64,000 nucleotides of DNA from Tubulanus polymorphus (lineage: Eukaryota; Animalia; Nemertea), in NCBI RefSeq assembly GCF_964204645.1, contig NC_134033.1, positions 5,418,231-5,482,230 on the forward strand. The letters are read 5' to 3'. The notes beneath the pieces are model-generated. The model was not told where the DNA came from and ran no database searches. It saw nothing but the letters and a program-made list of their open reading frames with translations. Position 1 is the stretch's first letter, and every line of letters begins with the position of its first letter. The position numbers were made by a program, and so were the translations under genes. Below are positions 51,201 through 63,129 of this stretch, piece after piece.

Positions 51201-52460
51201 ATCTTATGGACGAGCAATTTAGAATTATTTTCACGTGGATAATATAGCTTTACTTACTGGAGCTTTCATCTAGTTCAAACTTGTTCAACAACTGGGATTT
51301 CTCATGATGACATCATCATTCTGGGAAACTGACATTAGAGGAGGCACCAACAGATTCACCCAAACGGAATCACCCAGAATGATGTCATCGTAGGAAACCC
51401 CAGTTGGCGATCAAGTCTAGTGACTGACCTACATATGACAGCCCCAGTAAGTTGAGCTATCATCCATGATGAAAAATCGCTCGACTATATCACGAAACCC
51501 GGATGGACGAACCTACGCAATTCTAAATCGAATCTTGTATTTGATGTATCATTCGAAAGCAAATCAACCTTTCGTATATGAGACATTTCAGAGAAATTAC
51601 CGTTTTTTATCAGCTGAAATCGTTCCTTTCAGGCATGATTTACCAATGAGCGAAGCTGCGCGCAGAATACTGTCACTAGAGATGATGACTGATGATCGTG
51701 AATCTTGGTCGGAAAATGTCACCGTCTTTCAATTAAGTAATTAAATCCGTCATTGATGATTACGAAACCACGAGTTCGTCTTCGGGAAAGACTCTACCTT
51801 ACATTCGATTTCCGATAGGTAAGTAGCCTACATTTCCGAGATTTTTTACTGGTAATCTACCTCTTTCGTGGCTGGGCTGTGTGTCGGCAGTCACTTTTCA
51901 TTTTATTCAAAGTCCGCGAAGTTCATGACACACCCCGACGAAAGTGGAGATACCGCAAGAAATCGAAACGATACGCGAACGATTTATTGTCTTTTTAAGA
52001 CGAACAATTTTCCATTCGATAGATGACGATAGCCGGTGTTGAATATGTCTGAAATATATCGAGCAGGTACGGCGCCCTCGTTTTAGTCCGTTATGTATAA
52101 ACAGGTAGTTGGGAGTACATCCATTGAAAGTTGGTCAATCTCCTCGCGCGCGCTGGCTGACGCTGCTCGGGTTGGTTTTCTTTCACGCGGAATAATTGTG
52201 TCGCCGATCCAATTCATCGAGACAATTTGCCGCGTCGCGTTTTTCATTAGCTCGTGCGCTTGGAAACCGGGCGGTGTTCGACTCGTCGGCGACGGAAAAA
52301 TAAACTCTGTTCGTGTCTGCTGAGACTGCTTTAGAGCAGCACGACCACGCGCGCGCGCGCGCATTCTGTGGCGTCGGAAACTCTCGACAGATTTGAAAAG
52401 GTTAAGTTACAAAAACAACAGTGGTTTAGGAAAAATGAGTAACAACCAGAAAAGGTCGTC

Positions 52461-52697
52461 TCCCTCTCTCCCTCTCCCTCTCCCTCTCCCTCTCCCTCTC
52501 CCTCTCCCACTCCCTCTCCCTCTCCCTCTCCCTCTTCCTCTCCCTCTCCCTCTCCCTCTCCCTCTCCCTCTCCCTCTCCCTCTCCCTCTCCCTCTCCCTC
52601 TCCCTCTCCCTCTCCCTCTCCCTCTCCCTCTCCCTCTCCCTCTCCCTCTCCCTCTCCCTCTCCCTCTCCCTCTCCCTCTCCCTCTCCCTCTCCCTCT
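52461..52697. repeat. (CCCTCT)n microsatellite
   Basis: Visible directly in the sequence. Confidence 0.97.
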
Positions 52698-54344
52698 CAG
52701 TTACATGCACATGAAAATGAAGAAATGATGTCAATGTCCTGACCTTCGTATTTCTAAGATCGCGGTCGGATAAAGTCGATCGTAGCGACACGACATACAT
52801 TTTTTTCGATACGGATAATTATCGATGAGGAGGGAACAACTAATCTCTACCAAGACATTCATTAGGTTAGAAACATCCGTGATCCGAAAGCTTAACGTAT
52901 TTTCGTTTCGTTGCGCTGAAAGTCGCGGTAATTCCAAGCGCGACCAAAATATCGATAAAAAGAGTCGGACCCATACATGTGAGGCACGCGAACATCTTTC
53001 TGATAATAGGTATACAACCCTCAACTTCTGAAATGTTTCTGAGGTGAGATTTCTGAGTTAGGCTTGTGGTGTTTTCGTTCCATTCAGTATTTTCCGGCAG
53101 TAGGGCCCTACATGGCGTAGTCCGATATTACCTGATGAAGCGTCTACATTAGTAGCAAAAGCTCTTGCGTCAGATAAACAGTTAACCTATATAGTACTTC
53201 TCGCGTCTCGTTATTCGTTAGGAAAAACATCTTAAAATGAATGAAAATATCTACTTTGAATTGCGGTTGATTCATTGAATTCTAGAAGAATTGATGTCTT
53301 GTTTCTCATTTCTGTTGAGCTTAAAATTTGACCTGGCCAGTTGCCTATGCACTCTTTACATTTAGTCTTCTCCTCAAAACTGCGATCAAACCAACAATAA
53401 CAGATCCGGCAGTTATAGAAATGAACGGATTTCAAACCTTATTGCGGTTTGGAAAAGTTTAGAAGATTAGGAGAACATGTGATATCATCTTTAAGCCTAA
53501 TGTGCCGTTTTCAAAAATCTCCCATTCGTGGTGAAGATAGTCGAAATTGGACCGCCCCTGTAAGTAGCGAATATACGGGCAGGGGCTTAAATAGGAGCAC
53601 TAAGAATGGGCAAGGGCATAAACAATGAAAAATGGCAAGTATCCGAGACGTGCAAAGCGAAAATGGAAGTTTGGAGAATTTAGTGCATTTCAATTTAATC
53701 TCCAGGGACCAGTTGCACTGTCGCGACTCAAGTCCAAATGTGGTCCTAAATCATAAGACTGGTCTTAAGTTGTCAGATTGGCTAAAAGAACTAAGTTGGT
53801 CTTATACTGGTCTTAAGTCTCAGCCATGACTATTCAACCAGCCCCAGGCACTTAAATGCTTGGCATTAAAGATAATTTAAGCGTACTGGCCCAAATCGTG
53901 GCCAGCTGACTGTTGCTGTATGAGTGACGGGCAGAAAAATTTGCCCCGATAAAAAATTCCGTTGCTTTTCAAAAATGGCGTGGGAAATATTGCGACGGGA
54001 GCACGTGCTCGCTGTGTGCCCCACAGTCTGGATCCGCCCTGTCTTAGCCCGATGGCTCAGCCGGGTGACACATTTGCGTTCTGGATTAAAGTGTTGTTAC
54101 GTATATTGTTTACGTGGTTACTCCTGCTTCATCGGAGTGAAGATAACGACGCACTCGCGTGACTACGATGCATTAGATTGTATTAACGTAGATTCATTCT
54201 ATCTGGACCCCATTAGTGCCGCAACGTTTAGGGGTCATTTTGTTCGCTCGGCTTCTTTTTGTCGTCTGTGCTTATACTTTATCATCTTCATTTCGAATGC
54301 ATCATCATTATATGTATATCATATGCATTATACAATGTTTAGAA

Positions 54345-54467
54345 TCATTCATTCGTTCGTTCGTTCGTTCGTTCGTTCGTTCGTTCGTTCGTTCGTTCGT
54401 TCGTTCGTTCGTTCGTTCGTTCGTTCGTTCGTTCGTTCGTTCGTTCGTTCGTTCGTTCGTTCGTTCG
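54345..54467. repeat. (TTCG)n microsatellite
   Basis: Visible directly in the sequence. Confidence 0.97.
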
Positions 54468-55057
54468 AATTAACAAAAGCGGATATTTACTTCGGACGCT
54501 GTTTTCGAAGTTGTCTATTTTTTGTAACATTGATGTGAACAGCATTTCACACGCCTTGTCTGGTCTCCCTCGTAATTGTTTACATTCCGATAATGTAATC
54601 GTATCAATAAAAGATGCATTGAATTGAATTGATCGGATGTGCGCGTGATCATATTTGTCTGACAACGCATTGTCGATTGTGAACTTCAGCGGGAGGTGCG
54701 CAGGCAGCAACGAGTTTGACATTTCTCGGTATTGTAAGAATCGATGTCGGAAATGTTTACATTTCTTGGAATCGTGTCAGTAGGCCACACATAGAAATAC
54801 TCTAGTTTCTCAAGGAAGTGAAATGCAGCCCGCGTCATGGAAAATGAACCCAATGAATATTAAAAAACCAAATGCGCTCGTAAAACGTAATTCGTAATGT
54901 CGTTTCAGGGCTTCCATACGCCCGCATCGGGAAAAGCATCAATATTTATTTTGTTTATAAAAAATAAAACCCGCTTGGTGACAAGTCGTTTTAACAGTGT
55001 TCGCGTGTAGGCTATGTTTCTTTAGTTATATTCTTCAGTTTGCTATATAAGCGACTT

Positions 55058-55172
55058 TTTAAATATCTTCAGTTGGTCGCTGCGTCTGTGTGAAATTGTT
55101 TTTTTCGATTGTATCATAATTCCGAACAAAATTTACTTACATTTATCACTGTTAATACAGTAAAAGGTCCTC
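55058..55172 (-). pseudogene. Decayed fragment (TM5-ICL3) of a paralog of the neighbouring GPCR
   Basis: aatatcttcagtt...gcgtctgtgtgaaattgttt...atcataattccgaacaaa aligns by eye, with indels, to 55950-56085. Confidence 0.6.
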
Positions 55173-55690
55173 TTTTCAGTCGGCTTTTGGGGTTAGGGTT
55201 TTATTTGGGAAGTCGTGGTTGGGGCTTATTTGTGAGTTAAGGGATTATTTAATGTGGTAGGGGTAAGGAGTGGGAGCTGTGGTCAGGACCGAGGTCGTTT
55301 TTTGTTGTTCCCTATCCACCAACCGCAGAGCTGAGAACACGTGACAAGTGTGAATACTTACGATACACGCACGCGCTCTGGGCCAAAGTTAAAGGAATAC
55401 GTCCTCTGAAAATCAAAGCTGCACTGATTAACTTCCGCATACTAGCAGCGCCGCGTGGTGAGAATACTGTGGCAATGGAGGATTCTCCTTGTGGCATGTG
55501 AGGATCCACCATCTGTCACCAGTGTGTAGTATGAGTAAACGCAAAAATTGACGCCAGGTTTAATGCGAAAAATCCAAAGTTTTTGTTCATGAAAATATTT
55601 TTGCGTTTAATTTGTGTTGGTTCTATAATAGATTATAACATTATTGTCGAATCCTAAAGCAACGAATGATGATATTTTTTTCTGTTCGAT

Positions 55691-56767
55691 TCAAACATCA
55701 CACAGATAACCAATAATCAAAACCTGTTTAGCTTTTTTTCTAAAGGCTCCGTTCGTTGCGCAGTAAACGAAGAAGTTTACGGATGAGTCTATGACACTGA
55801 GCAGAATTCCTACTTTACGCATGACCATTAGTTCATCCCCGGATAGACCGTGAGGAAAATTGTACGTTTTAAAAAATTCTAGCAAACGGTCCAGCGACGC
55901 GGGAATTTCACACATAAAGAACAGAAATACAATGATAAGAACCACTTTTAATATCTTCAGTTCGGTAGATTTTTCAACGGGCGCCGCGGCGTCTGTGTGA
56001 AATTGTTTCTTTCGATTTAGTTTTCTAAACATCATAATTCCGAACAAAGTTAGATTAATCGCAGTTAGAAGCGTAAACGGTCCAATGACAGTCATGAAAA
56101 GATAGGAATTCCGAAGGATGATCGTCGCGATATAGGAATAATATTGAAAAAAAGGTGTCGGAATCGTTGTCACGCCGCAAGCACCCATTGTAAATAAATT
56201 ATGAAAACAAGGATCCGTGGCTCTTCCGGGTAAAGATGACGGAAAATAATACTGCCAGAAACAAATGGCGGAAGAAATACCGTTTAAAACTGCCAGAAAA
56301 ATGATATGTTTTTTGTTCCAGAATCGTTCGAAAAACAGCGGACTCGCGACAACCAGAAGTCTTTCAAAATTGATTATAACTACGGCCCAATTCTTTGCCG
56401 TTTGAAACGTATGAAACAGTGGTAGAACCCAAATAATAAATTCGTGTCCAAAATACCAGTCATCGTAACGGCCGAGGTGTGTGGTTGAATGTAAGAAAAT
56501 GATAGCAAATATTCGAATTGGATAAAGCAGTAACACTGAAATAAGAAACAGTAAATCGAACCAGGCAAGAACTATTATAGTTTGATAAATAGCGCGACCG
56601 ATCTTTCTGAATATTATGATAGAAGCAGAGTTTAGAATCATTCCAAAAACTGAAGCCGGAAAATATCCGTATATGTAAAGCTTATAACTGAAAACGTGAT
56701 CCCATCGTTCTGGTGGATGCCCGCAGCCGTCCAATGTAGTCGCGGAGAATATTGTCGTAGAATTCAT
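55691..56767 (-). CDS. Intronless rhodopsin-class GPCR, FMRFamide-receptor-like peptide/chemoreceptor group
   Basis: 358-aa ORF with seven hydrophobic segments, GMILN (TM1), LAWFD (TM2), FERLLVVASPL (DRY equivalent), CEIP (TM6), SSVNFFVYC..N..FR (TM7/H8) and an N-terminal NST sequon. Confidence 0.92.
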   Translation of the reverse strand: MNSTTIFSATTLDGCGHPPERWDHVFSYKLYIYGYFPASVFGMILNSASIIIFRKIGRAIYQTIIVLAWFDLLFLISVLLLYPIRIFAIIFLHSTTHLGRYDDWYFGHEFIIWVLPLFHTFQTAKNWAVVIINFERLLVVASPLFFERFWNKKHIIFLAVLNGISSAICFWQYYFPSSLPGRATDPCFHNLFTMGACGVTTIPTPFFQYYSYIATIILRNSYLFMTVIGPFTLLTAINLTLFGIMMFRKLNRKKQFHTDAAAPVEKSTELKILKVVLIIVFLFFMCEIPASLDRLLEFFKTYNFPHGLSGDELMVMRKVGILLSVIDSSVNFFVYCATNGAFRKKAKQVLIIGYLCDV

Positions 56768-57382
56768 GTTGAAGCTCAGTAATCAATGAGTCAGTGGCAC
56801 CCACCCTCTCTCTCTCTCCTCACATTGCTACTGCATCGACGTATACTTTCCGATAAAAATACAACCAAAGCGCTATAGGATATATCAGTATACTGCACGA
56901 GGATTATCTGTATCATGAATATATTTAAACACCAAGCGAGTCACACTTCAATTCCTGTGTCAAAGTCAAACCTTAGGTTCTCTCCCATAGTAAACTGTTG
57001 TCCCAGTTCATTCCATCTCTGGTCAATATCAACGAGATGTATTTGTGCAATTGTATGTATCAAAAATTTGGATTTAAATGAATTTCAACATTACGATATT
57101 TTAAGTCTTTTGGTTCGTGATTGCGGGACTTACGTTTCGAAGTTTCAACATACCTGCTAAATTATATTCTGAATTCATCACATTGTAATAACATTACACC
57201 ATAATTTAATTGCGTGACTGAAACAATGCGTCATGATAAATAAATAATGTCGTTACATATTGCGACCAGCGTCGATATCAACACCATTGCTGGTAGCTAT
57301 TTTTACCTCCAATTATCATAAATTGTGCTTGATGGCCAACTCAATTGGTCCCAGAATATGAGATCAACGACTATCTGACTTT

Positions 57383-57534
57383 AGTAATAGGGATAATAGG
57401 GGTTTAGGCCAAAGGTCGAAGGGTCGAGCTCGTAAAAAATGAAAAATAAATTCTCGCACGCTCGAATTTATTTTTCATTTTTTACTCACCCGCCCCTTCG
57501 ACCTTTAACCTGAACCCCTATTATCCCTATAACT
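57383..57534. repeat. Imperfect ~150-bp palindrome (hairpin)
   Basis: atagggataataggggtt...gtaaaaaatgaaaaataaattc, a 10-nt loop, then gaatttatttttcattttttac...aacccctattatccctat. Confidence 0.9.
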
Positions 57535-57598
57535 CTTAAAATATTCATATATATGAATAACTTCTAAAATCAATTTTAATAAAAAATTTGATATTAAA

Positions 57599-57931
57599 AT
57601 GGAAGCAAATAAGAAGTACAACTGTTCAACGTATAAAATCAATATAGATAAATCCCAAAAAGCAAGACACAATAAAACTAGAACACATTTAGAAAATAAA
57701 TTAAAGTTAAAATATAAAGATGATATATTAGAAATTAAATTAGATGAATTAAAGAATGAAAAAGAAACATACAAATGTGACACATGTAATCAATCATTCA
57801 GTGATAAAAGATATTATAAAGAACATTTAAAATCTAAAAGTCATATTAGAAATATGAATAATGATATTTTAGGTGAAGATTATTTTGATAATGATAATGC
57901 TAAGAAACAGAAGACAATTAAAAGAATATAA
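57599..57931 (+). CDS. AT-rich C2H2 zinc-finger ORF, possibly of viral or Polinton-like origin and possibly truncated
   Basis: YKCDTCNQSFSDKRYYKEHLKSKSH plus a degenerate finger YNCSTY...RHNKTRTH. Codon usage is far more AT-rich than in the host genes. Confidence 0.6.
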   Translation: MEANKKYNCSTYKINIDKSQKARHNKTRTHLENKLKLKYKDDILEIKLDELKNEKETYKCDTCNQSFSDKRYYKEHLKSKSHIRNMNNDILGEDYFDNDNAKKQKTIKRI

Positions 57932-58021
57932 AAATTAAAACCCGCTTGGTGACAAGTCGTTTTAACAGTGTTCGCGTGTAGGCTATGTTTCTTTAGTTAT
58001 ATTCTTCAGTTTGCTATATAA

Positions 58022-58456
58022 AGGTAGGGGCACACGAGCGTATTTTTTTCGCCCGATCGCGGCGAATTTATAAATCGCCCAAAAATTCGCTCGTGTGGCC
58101 ACTCACGGCGACGACGATTTCGTCGGCCGACTCGATCGCCCGGCGAATCGCCCGTATCAAACATGTTTGATATTTTCGGCCGATTATTTACGCCGGCGAT
58201 TGGATCGCCCGCAAATTCGCTCGTCTGCCCGCACTCGGCGAATTTCGCCGAGCGATCCATTTTTATCAACCAATAGGATGCATTGTTGATATCATGTGAT
58301 TCGTTAACTCTCTCCCTCAGTGCCAGTCGCTGACCGAATTTCGGTTTGATCGCCATGTGTGCCCGCTCGTATCTTGCGTATAATTTCGTCGGCGAATTCG
58401 CTGGCGAATTTAATCGTCGCGATCGGGCGAAAAAATACGCTCGTGTGTCCCTAGCT
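58022..58456. mobile_element. PIF/Harbinger-type MITE with TAA target-site duplication
   Basis: TIR AGGTAGGGGCACACGAGCGTATTTTTT versus AGCTAGGGACACACGAGCGTATTTTTT. The empty site tgctatataagcgac is visible in the other copy at about 55041-55055. Confidence 0.92.
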
Positions 58457-59099
58457 TAAGCGACTTTTTAAATATCTTCAGTTGGCCGCTGCGTCTGTGT
58501 GAAATTGTTTTTTTCGATTGTATCATAATTCCGAACAAAATTTACTTACATTTATCACAGTTAATACAGTAAAAGGTCCTCTTTTCAGTCGGCTTTGAGG
58601 GGTAGGGTTTTATTTGGGAAGTCGTGGTTGGGGCTTATTTGTGAGTTAAGGGATTATTTTATGTGGTAGGGGTAAGGAGTGGGAGCTGTGGTCAGGACCG
58701 AGGTCGTTTTCTGTTGTTCCCTATCCACCAACCGCAGAGCTGAGAACACGTAACAAGTGTGAATACTTACGATACACGCACGCGCACTGGGCCAAAGTTA
58801 AAGGAATACGTCCTCTGAAAATCGAAGCTGCACTGATTAACTTCCGCATACTAGCAGCGCCGCGTGGTGAGAATACTGTGGCAATGGAGGATTCTACTTG
58901 TGGCATGTGAGGATCCACCAGGTGTCACCAGTGTGTAGTATGAGTAAACGCAAAAATTGACGCCAGGTTTAATGCGAAAAATCCAAAGTTTTTGTTCATG
59001 AAAATATTTTTGCGTTTAATTTGTGTTGGTTCTATAATAGATTATAACATTATTGTCGAATCCTAAAGCAACGAAAGATGATATTTTTTTCTGTTCGAT

Positions 59100-59342
59100 T
59101 CAAACATCACACAGATAACAAACAATAAAAACCTGTTTAGCTTTTTTTTCTAAAGGTTCCGTTCGTTGCGGAGTAAACGAAGAAGTTTACGGATGAGTCT
59201 ATGACACTGAGCAGAATTCCTACTTTACGCATGACCATTAGTTCATCCCCGGATAGACCGTGAGGAAAATTGTACGTTTTAAAAAAGTCTAGCAAACGGT
59301 CCAGCGACGCGGGAATTTCACACATAAAGAACAGAAATACAA
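59100..59342 (-). pseudogene. GPCR pseudogene fragment (TM6-TM7 and tail)
   Basis: VFLFFMCEIPASLDRLLDFF...SSVNFFVYSATNGTFRKK, with a frameshift in an A-run. The 5' part is replaced by a LINE fragment. Confidence 0.88.
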
Positions 59343-59344
59343 AT

Positions 59345-59700
59345 ATAGCTGCAAAGCAGCGATAACGGGTTTTCTGCGCAGTCTTAGAATCCTGTTCAAC
59401 GGTGGATTTCAACAAAGCATTTGATAAGGCTCAACATCAGCCATTGCTAAACAGGCTATTAGGAAACAGTATCAATGATAGGTCGCCCAAATGGCTCAGC
59501 AGTTATCTCTGAACGGAAACTTGTAACCGAAATCAACGGAATGCCTCATCTTGGAATGAGACGGTCTAACTAGTGGAGTCACGCAAGGTAGTATCCTAAT
59601 TCGTCTTCTGTTTAATGTCCTGACAAATGACATACACAGTAATCCAAAATATACCAGACCGAGTAAATTTCCAAAACGACCTTAACACACTGTTCGACCA
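59345..59700 (+). mobile_element. Decayed CR1-type RT fragment
   Basis: VDFNKAFDKAQHQPLL and SGVTQGSIL remnants. Confidence 0.7.
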
Positions 59701-59714
59701 AAAAACTTAATGTT

Positions 59715-62185
59715 CCGACAAAACCACGGGTGACAAAACCAAAATTATGAATTGTCGCGGGTGACAAAACCAAAATATTGAATTGTCACGGGCGACAAAA
59801 CAAAAATAATGAATTGTCGCGGGCGATAAAACCAAAATAATGAATTGTCGGGGGCGATAAAACCAAAATATTGAATTGTCGCGGGCGATAAAACCATAAT
59901 AATGAATTGTCGCAGACGACAAAAACAAAATATTGAATTGTTGCGTGCGACAAAACCAAAATAATGAATTGTCGCGGGCGACAAAACCAAACTAGGGGTC
60001 CAGGGACACCATGCTCACTTAAGAAGTGGTTTCAAATGCTCAACAATCTAACAATTTCAATAAATAACGCCCTCTAGTGACCATATACAAAAACCAATGA
60101 CCTTGAAACCCACCACAATCATAGAACATGTGAGCAGCTATGATTTTGTAATCGATGGTGATAACAAAATATGCCTCGTTACCAATTTAATATGGAAATA
60201 CTAAGTTATTCTACAATTCAACGCCCCCTGGTGACCATATGCAAAACCCAATGACCTTAAAACTCACCCCAATCGTAGTACATGTCATGAAATACAACTT
60301 TGCAATTGATCATAGTAACAAAATATGCCTAGGTACCAATCTAATAAGGAAATGCTAAGCCATTCTACTATTCAACGCCCCCTGGTGACTATATGGAATA
60401 ACTAATGTCCTTAAAAACTCACCACAATCATAGACGATGTCATGATCTACAACTTTGCAATTGATCATGGTAACAAAATATGCCTTGGTACAAATATAGC
60501 AATACTATTGTATTATTCAACGCCCCCTGATGGCCACATACAAAAACCAATGACCTTGAAACTCACCAAAATCATAGAACACGTTATGGGCTACAACTTT
60601 CCAATTGAATATAGTAACACAATATGCTTAGGTATCAATTTAATGTGGAAAAACTTTTTCCCACCTACGAATGAGTACTGATGTCACCAAGATGGCCGCC
60701 AATTGCGTCATAATTGGCTGATCAAAGATACCTGTCCCAGGTATAAAACATCCCTCTCTAAAGAATATCCATCAGCAATTGCAATGAGAAATGGCAAACC
60801 AGTAGGAAGCTACGTGACCTAGAATTCTGGCCAAAATTGACATTTTTGGGCACTAAAAAGGTCATAGGACGGCCATCTTGAGTCAGATCGACCCAATTTT
60901 CTTATGCTGATGGGCCTTTGGTAGATTCAAATATAAACGAAAGATCAAGGTTATTGATCAAAAGCGTCTTCAAAATTTCCCACGAAAACTTCGAAAATGT
61001 TTAAAAAGTGCTGATTTTGGCAAACAACAATGGCTGCCAGTCGGCCATCTTGAATCTGACAGGGCCAGTTTTTGGGCTGACGATGTGTCTAGGGTAGATA
61101 CATGTATAAACCAAATATCAAGACATTACCTTGAAGCGTCTTCAAAACTTCCCAAAATAACTGGATTCCGTCTATGGACGGACGGACGGACGAAAAGTGA
61201 ACGCAATAGCCCGCTGGGACTAAAGTCCCAAGTGGACTGAAAAATAATTGTCGCGGGCGACAAAACCAAAATATTGAATTGTCGCGGGCGACAAAACCAA
61301 ACTAATGAATTGTCGCGGGCGACAAAACCAAACTAATGAATTGTCGCGGGCGATAAAACCAAACAAATGAATTGTCGCGGCGATAAAACAAAAATATTGA
61401 ATTGTCGCGGGCGATAAAACCAAAATAATGAATCGTCTCGGGCGACAAAAACAAAATATTGAATCGTCGCGGGCGACAAAATCAAAATAATGAATTGTCG
61501 CGGGCGACAAAACCAAAATAATGAATTGTCGCGGGCGATAAAACCAAAATAATGAATTGTCTCGGGCGACAAAACCAAAATAATGAATTGTCGCGGGCGA
61601 TAAAACCAAAATATTGAATTGTCGCGGGCGACAAAACCAAAAAGAAAATTGGCACGGGCGATAAAAACAAAATATAAAACCAAAATAATGAATTGTCGTG
61701 GGCGATAAAACCAAAATATTGAATTGTCGCGGGCGATAAAACCAAAATAATGAATTGTCGCGGGCGATAAAACTAAAATAATGAATTATCGCGGGCGATA
61801 AAACCAAAATATTGAATTGTCGGGGGCAATTAAACCAAAATGAATTGTCTCGGGCGACAAAACCAAAATAATGAATTGTCGCGGGCGATAAAACCAAAAT
61901 AATGAATTGTCGCGGGCGATAAAACCAAAATATTGAATTGTCGCGGGCGATAAAACAAAATTAATGAATTATCGCGGGCGACAAAACCAAAATATTGAAT
62001 TGTCGCGGGCGATAAAACAAAATTAATGAATTATCGCGGGCGATAAAACCAAAATATTGAAGTGTGGCAGGCGATAAAACTGCGACAAAAAGAGAAAAAA
62101 ATTGTCGCGGGCGATAAAACCAAAATAATGAATTGTCGCGGGCCATAAAACCAAAATAATGAATTGTCGAGGGCGACAAAACCAA
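59715..62185. repeat. ~30-bp minisatellite array interrupted at 59991-61240
   Basis: Unit gaattgtcgcgggcgacaaaaccaaaataat at 59715-59990 and 61241-62185. Confidence 0.93.
59991..61240 (-). mobile_element. Helentron-associated (HINE/DINE-1-like) non-autonomous element
   Basis: The minus strand starts in a T-run, has the hairpin tgggactttagtccca, a (GTCC)n microsatellite and ~155-bp central repeats, and ends CTAGT in a T-run with no TSD. Related fragments are at about 4225-4722 and 13795-14060. Confidence 0.7.
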
Positions 62186-63129
62186 AATTATTGTTTTGTC
62201 GCATTATTTTAGTTTTGTCGTTTTGTCATAATGTCGCCCTCATTTGCATATACGTGTTTTTTTTACGCATGGCCCTTATCAGCCATCATACTAAAGCCTT
62301 AAGGTCTCGTAAAACTCGATAAACACTTCAAGCGACACAGCGAACGATCTCCTTTCCCCCACAGCGAACGCTTAACCTAGTAGAGGCTACTAGCCTATGT
62401 AGGCCTATGTATATGCGTAGGCCTAACATCCGGACAGATTGGTCGTAGGCCTATTGAATTTAACAACCCACCTAAATATCGTAAATTTTGTTTTGAAGTT
62501 CAATCCAATGAGTCCGTTAGTAAACGCAACAATTGTACTGTGTTTGTTTGAGACAGTAAAGCTCAGTACCGGTAGGCCTAAAGCCGCGTCAAACTCGATA
62601 AACACTTCAAGCGACACAGCGAACGATCCCTTTCCCCCACAGCGAACGCTTACTCCGAATGTCAAGTGTGAGTCCAGCATACGGAAAGGATTATGTGTTA
62701 TATACTTGTATTTAGTAAATACCTTGTGCATTTGACAATGATCGGTATGTACTGTAGGAAATATAGAGTATTGATGGTATTGATATAGAGGTTGAAGCCC
62801 GCGGCCGAATAAAGTAATATATTCTTTTATTTTGATACCTCGTCGACATAACAGCTTTTCTCCGCTATATCTCTTCGGCGTGTTTAGTTTAGGCCTACGA
62901 TTCCTCGGTACACTAAAGATTTATCTTAGTAAATATTCGGTTAATTCGGTAAAGAAAAATAGGTATTGTTATACTAACTCCTTGAAACCCGCAGCCAAAT
63001 TACTGGTAGTAATAAATTAATTTGTACTCGATTTGATTCTCATGATGAGGAGAAACTCGCAGCTGATCCCCGCGGAACGACGATGTAGTAACACACAGTA
63101 ACTTCGTCTCAAATCCAACAGATAATAAT

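Larger units (their letters stand above)
57928..59342. repeat. Segmental duplicate of 54956-55932 (GPCR 3' end and downstream flank)
   Basis: Near-identical from aaaacccgcttggtgacaag to ataaagaacagaaatacaa, apart from a MITE insertion. Confidence 0.92.

Noticed and set aside
52393-52800. (LP)n and (ER)n ORFs
   Set aside because: Microsatellite translations.
53924-54722. (SFVR)n and (TNER)n ORFs
   Set aside because: They arise from the (TTCG)n microsatellite and have no domain content.
61220-62185. Hydrophobic repeat ORFs (VLSPATIHYFGF)
   Set aside because: Translations of a 30-bp satellite that is open in several frames.
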